64,000 bases of DNA, from assembly GCA_951406725.2 (NCBI GenBank), contig OX597825.1, positions 85,870,001 to 85,934,000 of the forward strand, written 5' to 3'. A model generated the notes under the pieces. It worked only from the letters and a program-made list of their open reading frames with translations. It ran no database searches and had not been told where the DNA came from. The DNA comes from Octopus vulgaris (lineage: Eukaryota). Shown here in pieces: positions 55,045 through 64,000 of this stretch (the stretch's first letter is position 1; each line of letters starts with the position of its first letter). The translations under genes and the position numbers were made by a program.

Positions 55045-55984
55045 CGACGAAATGGAGAGAAAAGCTACTCCATGGCCAAAACCTATCAAGATTTGATCGA
55101 AGAGAAGAAAGCTAAAGTGAAAGAAAATGGCAAGAGGGGTTAAAGAAGCTCCATGCTAGAAGCAGAAACGGAAGGACGGGTTATCGCTGCACAAGACCAA
55201 TGTATTATTACAAACATAAGAACAAAATAATGAAAATGGATCCTAACAACAAATACAGAATGTACAACCAACACAATTAGACGTTTAACACATCACCTCC
55301 GGCTTCCCAGTGCTTGTAAAATATGAATTTACACACAAAACATGGTCAGGTTGACAGCTAAATCCTCTGAACAATAAACTCACACTTCGATGTGAAAACA
55401 GAGAAATTTAAAGTGTAACCAACATTGTACAAGACAATGGCCTAACCGCAATCATTTGAGATACATCAGTCCAAACTGACGAAGAGGTCGAGACATAATA
55501 ATCAATGGTTGGGGAAAACACGCAAAGAGATTGATAGATGTCCTAATCGGTTGAGAGGAAAATATCGTGCGAAAAAATGTGGAAAACTCTCGAATACAAG
55601 GATCTTAAAAATCAAAATATTTAAAATGTGGAGCAGGAAAGTGTAAATGTAATAATAATTGAAGCATAAGGCATAAGGAAAAAAAGGAAATAAGAATACA
55701 GGAGCCATACGAGGAGGCACAACACTACACACTGTCCAAAATATTGCTCTACAAAGAACAGCTTACACTCTGCAAGGTTCAAAATGTCCCGCAGCCAAAA
55801 TAGAATTTAATTTTACACGCGACAGAAGCCATTTTACAACAAGCACTTAATAGAATGAAACAACACAGTTCATGCAACAAATACTCTACAAGATCGATAC
55901 CCAATAAAATAACAGAACAAATACTGATATAACCGAACGAGCAAAAAGCCGAGCACCATAACAAAATACACTGATGTAGTGCAG
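55045..55984 (+). mobile_element. Old R4/Dong-like LINE 3' fragment, family 2
   Basis: Broken frames: WREKLLHGQ, LRSSMLEAETEGRVIAAQDQ, II*DTSVQTD, YKDLK, KMW, VQNIALQRTAYTL, followed by an A/C-rich 3' UTR. Confidence 0.85.
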
Positions 55985-57091
55985 TGTGTGTGTGTGTGGG
56001 TGGGTGGGTGTGTTTGTGAGTGTGAGTGCGTGTGTGTGCGCGCGCGTGTGTGTGTGCGCGCGTGTGTGTGTGTGCATGTGTGTGCGTATACGTCCGTTAA
56101 AGCAACGTAATATGTTGTACGAAGCATTCCCATAATCTAAAAGCATAATATTAGGTACTTCATTATGTAATTAATTAACCTAGCGGCAAGCAAGAACTCT
56201 TTATGCAAATCGGAATTTACAGTTTGGTGGGATTCTCATTCACTTTAACTATAAATGCAATTTTTCTGTGAACAGCCAAAGGACAGCTGCGATGTCCCTG
56301 AAAAGTGTCCGATAACCAGTTGTACTGAAATCTTTTCTTTACCTATGAAGAAATTGTTTTAAAAAACCGCTTCCATGTTTAGTGTCTCTGTTCACATGAC
56401 GACGAATAAACATGCAATAGTTATATATACACTGCAGGGTGTATATTATTTAACGTATCTTTCCTTTCTTAAATGATAGCATATTATTTTATCGAGATTT
56501 ATATTACTATCAGGTCGATCGACCATGTGGAAGAGACTTCGTTGTTTCGAGCCTGTCATGTGACGTTCGGATTAGTTTAAATAGCAACATATTTGGAGAA
56601 ATAACTTCACAATTCCATCCCAGACTCCATGTATTTAGACTTAATATTTTACACCGCCATATTTATCACGGAGTTATCAAGAACATTAATAATCTTTTAT
56701 TTATTTTAAACTCTTTATTGGCAATTTTAGAAGCATTTCCGTATCGTCTTCGTTGCTTGATATTCTTTTCCATTCATTTCTCTATTTTCGTTTCTTTTTT
56801 TTTTTCTTTTTCTTTTTGTTTCCGTCCATTCCACTCCCATTCCCATCTAAGTCATTCTATGGAAGGTTTATATTCTAACTCCAGTATTATCCGTTATTCC
56901 CGATATATTTCTCTTAATTTAGTTCAGAGTAGCTGTTTCTTCCGGAAGTCAGAATCCCACCCCCACGTGCCGCCTAACAAACAAAATACCCTCAAAACTA
57001 CTCACAAACTCTCATTACATTTCCAATCGCTACTTGATTATAAAATTTGCTACTCAAATTGTTGCCAGTATCGATCTTATCTACTATATAT

Positions 57092-57168
<77 letters not shown>

Positions 57169-57196
57169 GCATATGTGAGTATGTTTGTGTGTGAGT

Positions 57197-57239
<43 letters not shown>

Positions 57240-57776
57240 AGTCAAACATACCTAAGCAAAACGATTTCTATTGAACACGGTATTGCTTGTAGCCATTTTG
57301 GTAACGTAACTGTTCCAATATATTATAGCAAGGCAAAGACTAATATAAACATATAAATGAATAAATAAATGGCTGCTGTCCGGTCTATACAATATGAACA
57401 TTTTGCCTATACCTTTCTGGAGCTAATTATATTCCTTCTTGCTTACGAATTTCACTTATGAAGCAATAAATGGCCTATTTCATTTCTCACCACTTTTTCC
57501 CCCTCCATATTCATTTTCGTTATTTAACAAGTAACTAAACAGCTTGTAGTTGCTGTCGTCTGCTTCTTTGAATACGAGTGAGCCAATATGTCAGCCATGA
57601 ATTCAACATTGCCATCGTGTTAATACAGTAATAGCACTTACACTAATGTCTTATTTCTATTTATGTTACTTATGCTGCTTGTAATTACGTAAGTATCAGA
57701 CTATTATATATATTAATACATTTCACAGGCGAGGTAATGTGTAAATCTAAAAAATATATAAAATATATATATATAT

Positions 57777-57842
<66 letters not shown>

Positions 57843-58319
57843 ATAATATATATATATATTCATATATATGTATGTATATATGTGTTTGTGTGTGCGAGAG
57901 AGAGGGAGAAGAGAGAGAGAGAGAGAGAGTATTTATGGCTCGCGACCCAGTTTCAATTCTTAATCCAAGACAATAATATTATATTCTGTCGTTTTTGCCG
58001 ATATCAATGTACTTGCTTCAGTTCCTTCAGAAAATTGCAGCACTAATCCGTGATTAAAGAATCGATACTGATGACATTGACGTTTGCAGTCACATAAACC
58101 ATGTGGATTCCATCGGTCTTGTAGGATCTGAGAGGACCACAAACACAAATCTTTCACCATCCAGACCCAAATATTAAAGAAAACTGATATACCATATCAC
58201 AGATATATCACAGATATATCATATAATACATATACCGTTTAATAAAGATGTACCAATTTGATATCGATAAGCCATTTAACTGATATACCATATAATACCG
58301 GTACCATTTAGCAATGAAT

Positions 58320-58625
58320 TGGCACTCCGTCGGTTGCGACGAGGTGGGTTCGAGTTAATCCGGTCAAGAGAACAGTCTGCTCGTGAAATTAAAGTGTCAA
58401 TGGCTAAGAACGTTTCGTAGTCCTTAGAGATTTTCAGCGTGACACAGAATGTGACAAGGTAGGTACTTTGAAATACAGGTACACCTTATTTTTTGCCAGC
58501 TGAGTGGGCTGGAGCAACGTGGAAAAAAGTGTCCTACTCAAGGATGCAACGTGCCACCGAGATCGAACTCAGCGTCTTACGATCCTGATCCGAACACCCT
58601 ATCCACTAAACCACGTGCCTTCACT
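58320..58625 (-). mobile_element. tRNA-derived SINE, head C with tail 3
   Basis: Minus strand GTGAAGGCACGTGGTTTAGTGG...GAGTTCGATC...CCTTGAGTAGGACACTTTTTTCCACGTTGCTCCAGCCCACTCAGCTG; tail shared with 21910-22263. Confidence 0.82.
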
Positions 58626-58694
58626 ATTTCATTTAACATAGACGTGTCACAACAACAAATCCAAGACAAGTTTAAAAAGTTTAAAAAGTTGCTG

Positions 58695-58895
58695 CGTAGT
58701 GACTCAACCTGTTAAAAATAGCAGTCAAAGCTTACTCGGACCATGTCCTACATTCTTAGTTAAGGGAAGAACACATTGGGTAATGCGGTCCTAGATATCC
58801 TGTGTCTGATAGGGAAAAGATGTTCATAACTAGATCGTGCCTTTGATCATAGGCGTGTTGGTTCAAAAGACTGACCTGTGGTTAAACAACAACAA
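58695..58895 (+). repeat. Family D copy
   Basis: ACCTGTTAAAAATAGCAGTCAAA...GCCTTTGATCATAGG...CTGACCTGTGGTTAAACAACAACAA. Confidence 0.75.
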
Positions 58896-58955
58896 TACCA
58901 AGAATAACAGATTCAACCAGAAAGCTGTTATATATTATTTATGTACAGATACACA

Positions 58956-59369
58956 GGTGCAGGAGTGGCTGTGTGGTAAGTAGCTTGTTTACCAACCACA
59001 TGGTTCCGGGTTCAGTCCCACTGCGTGGCACCTTGGGCAAGTGTCTTCTGCTATAGCCTCGGGCCGACCAAAGCCTTGTGAGTGGATTTGGTAGACGGAA
59101 ACTGAAAGAAGCCCGTCGTATACATATATATATATATATATATATGCGTGCGTGTGTTTGTGTGTCTGTGTTTGTCCACCTAGCATTGCTTGACAACCGA
59201 TGTTGGTGTGTTTATGTCCCCGTTATTTAGCGGTTCGGCAAAAGAGACCGATAGAATAAGTACTGGGCTTACAAAAGAATAAGTCCCGGGGTCGATTTAC
59301 TCGACTAAAGGCGGTGCTCCAGTATGGCCACAGTCAAATGACTGAAACAAGTAAAAGAGTAAAAGAGTA
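58956..59369 (+). mobile_element. Full-length tRNA-derived SINE family A
   Basis: A-box TGGCTGTGTGG, B-box GGTTCAGTCCC, CORE-like ACCTTGGGCAAGTG, internal (TA)n(TG)n and tail GTAAAAGAGTAAAAGAG. Confidence 0.95.
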
Positions 59370-59394
59370 GATGTGGTTGTTGCTGGGTTTTGTT

Positions 59395-59605
59395 GTTGTT
59401 TTTGTTTGTTGTTGTTGCTTAGCCCCAGGTCGGCTCTTAACGAGCGGACTAATGATCAAAGACGTTCCAACTATGATCATCCTGTCCTTTTTTTTATATT
59501 CAAGACCACACAATCCAAAGTTTCTGTCCCGCTTCAATTAATTTGGAATTGAGAGAGTTTGGCTATTCTTTCTAGCAAGTCTAGCACCGACTTAGAGGCA
59601 CCCTT
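59395..59605 (-). repeat. Family D copy
   Basis: (GTT)n-TTAGCCCCAGGTCGGC...ATGATCAAAGACGTTCCAACTATGATCATCC...TTTGGCTATTCTTTCTAGCAAGTC. Confidence 0.75.
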
Positions 59606-59821
59606 CTACGCATCTCCGGTGAAACTCCTGTCCAAAACAAAACAAGTTTTGAAACATGAAGTTATAATTGCTGTTTTGAAATAAATTGGCTTCAAGCAAT
59701 CTGGGTGTGTCTCGCCTGAGGTGAAATCTGTGATTCGTGGAAGACATTCGGAGACACACACACACACACCGCCTCATAAAACTCTAAATGTTCTAACATT
59801 ACCGGCACTCACACACCTCAT

Positions 59822-59859
<38 letters not shown>

Positions 59860-60030
59860 CTATATACACACTAGATGTAAATATAACATCGAGACAACTG
59901 TAACAATAAAACGGAATATGACGGTCCATAACGAAATTAGAAAGCGATCGATCGATAATGCACATAAAACTGCAAGTGAACGGCGACGACGAACAAATGT
60001 AAGTGAACAAGCAAATGTCCTGCCGTGTTT

Positions 60031-60121
60031 TGGTGGTGGCGGCGGTGGTGGTGGTGGTGGAGGTGGTGGAGGTGGTGGTGGTGGTGGTGGTGGTGGAGGT
60101 GGTGGAGGTGGTGGTGGTGGT
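60031..60121. repeat. (GGT/GGA)n trinucleotide array
   Basis: Direct observation; source of the poly-G, poly-P and poly-T ORFs. Confidence 0.97.
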
Positions 60122-61379
60122 AAGAGTGGTTCCAAGAAGAGAAGGTGCAACAGTGTCGCTAGAGATGGGTTTGGTCGCGGGGTGGCGGTGAGAAGGACAC
60201 TGATGAATGAAAGTCGACAGCAAGATCAGAGAAGTCATTCCAGAACAGTCTTTAGGCTTTGTATGGATTAGCAATGGTCTTAGTATTACTGGGTTTCTTT
60301 TAATCAGTAACCAACGTAGTTTATTATGAAATCAATGGAAGAGAATAAAGTCGCACAACTGTTTCTTTATTCAAAGGGATTACCAACGCTGCTAGTTTAA
60401 GCAATAGGGTTGAAAGAAAGGCCCAAAACCGCAGCCAAATCTCCTTCTAATCACTTCCTGACGACATTAAAGTTAGGAATTAGTTACAAAATAATATTAT
60501 TCTAGTTACAACATGTTTTACGAAATGATGTGGTAGTCAGGGTTGGAACGCCTTTGATAGTAGAAATATTCGATTGAAGCTGTCCCGGGGATAAGCAGAT
60601 TATATATACCATATTGTTTTCGCTTGAAGGGGAGACGAAAGCATGGTTTAATGAGAAAGGAATTTTTAAAATTATAGAAACTTGCTTTTTTGTCTTTGTT
60701 AAGGTACATTAGCAGTATGAGTGATGTGTAACAACTTTAAATAAGGATTGAAACTGCGCCCTTTATTTTACATCACTCGCTACAGTATCTCAAAAATATA
60801 GTTTCGAACGCGAGGTACAGTCAGTGTGTTTGGAATATTTTAAAGGGTTTTGACAGGGAAACAAATTCAGCGTCCACCTGAAAGGAACGAAGGTAGAAAG
60901 TTATCCTCGAACCGAAGGACTGAAACCTGAATGATTGTAACAGAATGGACACCCGAAGGGTCAAGGGATCGAGGGTCAAGTGGTTGTATTAAAAGTGGAC
61001 AAAAGCTGAAGTCTACGACCCAAGAACAAGAACAGTCCACTCAGTAGACTTCCGCACAATTCCCGTCAACCAAATTCCACTGGTTTAAGTTTAAGTCAGG
61101 TCAGAGACCTCATCGCAGACTGATGAGACCTGCAGTTGATTGATACCTTGTACAGCCGACTCCATTATTTAAGTAGCTTGCTACTTTCGTGAGGAAGCTA
61201 TCTGGACACCCAGACTTGTCGAAGGACGGATAATCCCTTTGAGGACCAATGGCCACCCAGTTGGGGGGAAGCAATGACTTGTAGTGTTTTATCTTTGCGG
61301 ATAAAATACTACAAGAAAGTCAGAACGATGTAACGCCGCGGGTTCATCCGATGGGAGAACTCGCGCTTAACCAGACAAC

Positions 61380-61530
61380 GACGTGGTCCCTCAAATTATC
61401 AGAAATAGCAATCAAATCGCATTTAAACCCTATCCCTGCCATCTTAGAAAGTGGATGTGGGAAAAGGATAGGATTGAAACTTCTGTACAATCAGGGCTGG
61501 CACGGGGCACAACAAGAACAGCAACAACAT
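61380..61530 (+). repeat. Family D copy (another degraded one at ~60430-60560)
   Basis: AGAAATAGCAATCAAATC...ATCAGGGCTGGCACGGGGCACAACAAGAACAGCAACAAC. Confidence 0.6.
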
Positions 61531-61717
61531 GGCAGAAGGCCAGTAATTTTAATGGGAGGGTCAACTCTATTGTATCGACTTCAGTACTGGACTGATACTT
61601 AATTTGTAGGTTCCGAAAGGATGGCAAGAACTGACCTCGGCAAGATTTGAGCTCAGAACGTACCGTACCGGAAGAAACACCACTAAACATTTCGTCTGAT
61701 GTTCTAGCAACTGCCAT
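61530..61717 (-). mobile_element. Degraded SINE B monomer
   Basis: ATCGACTTCAGTACT...CCGAAAGGATGGCAAG..TGACCTCGGCAAGATTTGAGCTCAGAACGTA. Confidence 0.75.
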
Positions 61718-62454
61718 AATAATAAATACTATAGAAGCACCAAAGGGAAATTAGATACATTCCTCTGCATTCTAAGACAATGTTATTAACCATTTACGAA
61801 ACGAGATTGCCTAATTAGTATTAAGCAAATACACCTTCATAATTCCTTTTACCAGACTGTAGAAATCCTCATCTTCTCTTGTTCTATAAGTTGGGTGCCA
61901 GAATAACTTGGAAAAGGATCAATAAATTGGTTTGACATTTGGGTAACCAGGAACAGAAGAGGGTAAAATTCCTCTGGATTTTATCATAGTAGTACTTTGA
62001 CATATTTATTTGTGGAAAATGAATTAAAAGATTGGTACCATACATTGGTTTCCGTGCCCCACCCCCAGACTTTATGGCTACTCCCTGGGGCTATTAACTG
62101 GCTATTCCCAGTTAATAACATGTGCTCTAAGATAAATTTATTTCATAAATAAGATAATACCAAAATAGACGAGTAAAAGGCATTGCAATAGTAAATGGGA
62201 AAACTGAAGAGTGTCGTAGAATTCTTAAGAACCGAACATGGTACGATGCTGTCAATCTATTCCTTTCAGTTGGCTTTCGCGAAGAATTGAAGGAAAATAA
62301 GATTAAATCTAAGGCAGTCTTTCATAGTAAATCTAATTTACTTATTTCTGTACCTGGCCTTCGGGGAAAACAGGTGAAAAGACAATTAGTTTAGGTAATT
62401 TACAGACAAATTTCAAATCTTCTGCCCAACTCTCAATGGCGACACACTTGTTTG

Positions 62455-62647
62455 CGGTTGCTGCTACTGCTGCTGCTGCGGCTGAGGCTGCTGCTGCTAA
62501 TGTTGCTACAGCAATCGTTATTGATGAATCTTCTACTAATGATGATGGTGGTGGTGGTGGTGATAGTTGTGGTGGTAGTGATAATGATGATGGTGATTAT
62601 GGTGGTGATGGTGGTGGTGATGATGATCTTGATGATGATGATGGTGG

Positions 62648-62678
<31 letters not shown>

Positions 62679-62985
62679 GGTGGTGGTTGTAGTGTTGATG
62701 GTGGTGGTTTTGGTGGTGGTGGTGATGATGATCTTGATGATGATGATGGTGATGGTGAGGATGATGATGGTGTTGGTGGTGATGATGATCTTGATGATGA
62801 TGATAATGGCGACATTGTTGTTCTACTTCTTGTTACCGTCTTTGTTCAATAATTCGTTGTTATGTTTTATACATCTTCATTATATCTTACACCTCGAATA
62901 TGCTGTTATCGTATGTAACGTTTTCCCGCCGCCACCACCACCACCACCACCACCACCACCATCTCCACCACCACTACTACTACAA
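62455..62985. repeat. Compound (GCT)/(GAT/GGT)n array followed by (CCA)n
   Basis: Direct observation; the sub-block GGTGGTGATGATGATCTTGATGATGATGAT occurs three times. Confidence 0.95.
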
Positions 62986-63099
62986 GCAACAGTATTATTA
63001 ATCTTATCTGAAAACCTGTTTATCTTCTAGCACGCAGAAAGATATTATTTATCACACCTTACAAATTCATACGTAAATGTACAGATATGCATTCATACT

Positions 63100-63176
<77 letters not shown>

Positions 63177-63611
63177 TCATAAACACGCACACATATAAAT
63201 ATATATATGTATGCATGTAAGTATATATATGTGTGTGTGTGTGTGGATAGTACAGTGTGTGTGTGCCTAATGTATAAATGGGTTTGAGAAGTCCTCTATG
63301 TACCTATATGCAAATGTCGGTCTATGTCTTCTTCGTGTACGTCCGTCTCAGCCTGGAGGTGTTTGATTATAAATCATTACAGTACGCCGGTGTGTCTGTG
63401 TGTGTGTCTGTCTGTTTGGCTGGCTGGCTGGCTGGCAGAGTACTGAACGATCTCACTCTTGATTCGTCGTCTCTGCGTAAACAGTCGCTGTGGATGCAGT
63501 AATTCATTAAAACACTCTGACAGCGAAGACCTTGATAAGAAAATGATTAAGATCGCTCTCTTTCACTCGTTGCTCGGCGTTGTTTCCATAAACTCCAAAC
63601 TGTTTACTTAC

Positions 63612-63737
63612 AGGACGATCGCATGTAAATATTGAGACGAGATGACAATAACCACTCGAAACTAGTCGAACTGTTCTCGAGTTTTTCCTGCTAAGAGGCT
63701 TCCTTTGTTTAGCCGTGGGGTCCGATACACTGTGAAG
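63612..63737 (-). other. Candidate 126-nt exon of an unidentified minus-strand transcript
   Basis: (CT)n-catacattcag| acceptor and |gtaagtaa donor; phase 0 is open (LHSVSDPTAKQRKPLSRKNSRTVRLVSSGYCHLVSIFTCDRP). No recognised domain. Confidence 0.3.
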
Positions 63738-64000
63738 CTGAATGTATGAGAGAGAGAAAGAGAGAGAGAGAGAGACCAAATCCAAAATAAACCGTAGATC
63801 TGACATTCAGAGCTGGTTGCTGATGTGGCGTAGATATCAAAAAAAGAACATAAATGCGAATTAAAATTTACTACAGCTGTTTCAGTAGCATTATATTGAT
63901 GCATTCGTAGATTACATCCTAGCATAAACCCACCATCATGTCAGTTGTGGAGTAGTCACCATCAATGTGTTACCTTGCTTGTTTATAGACGTTTAAAATT

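Noticed and set aside
58060-58130. CTGATGA with flanking stems suggesting a hammerhead
   Set aside because: The GAAA box is absent (TAAA) and stem III is inconsistent; CTGATGAG at ~61120 also lacks a partner GAAA.
58956-59030. tRNA gene-like A/B boxes
   Set aside because: No cloverleaf with an acceptor stem; it is a SINE head continuing into body and tail.
59918-60271. ORF with HKTASERRRRTNV resembling a bHLH basic region
   Set aside because: The H-to-E spacing is off by one, and it runs into a (GGT)n tract instead of helix-loop-helix.
62436-63030. Ala/Gly/Asp-rich ORFs
   Set aside because: Compound trinucleotide SSR, open in several frames.

Overview
AT-rich eukaryotic DNA with very dense microsatellites, most likely intronic or intergenic sequence from an octopus or other coleoid cephalopod (inferred from the repeat landscape, not from a marker gene). 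No intact protein-coding gene is visible, and almost all ORFs in the track are translations of (TA)n, (CA)n, (TACA)n, (TAGA)n, (TAA)n or (GAT/GGT)n tracts. Supportable content: several tRNA-derived SINE families (labelled A, B, C here, some with swapped modules); an old (CAA)n-tailed repeat (D); R4/Dong-like LINE 3' ends nested in (TAA)n; a Penelope RT relic and many short hammerhead-ribozyme modules beside (TA)n; a Tc2/pogo MITE; a Helitron 5' fragment; foldback elements; and an RTE-like non-autonomous element. Less obvious signals: a decayed intronless MATH-BTB (SPOP/TD-POZ-like) gene at ~50.1-51.7 kb, a hammerhead family with a non-canonical CUGUCGA core, a CRE/kB/AP-1/TATA/STAT motif cluster at ~31.7-32.2 kb, and a few candidate minus-strand exons. 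All family and domain assignments are by eye and need HMM or repeat-library confirmation.
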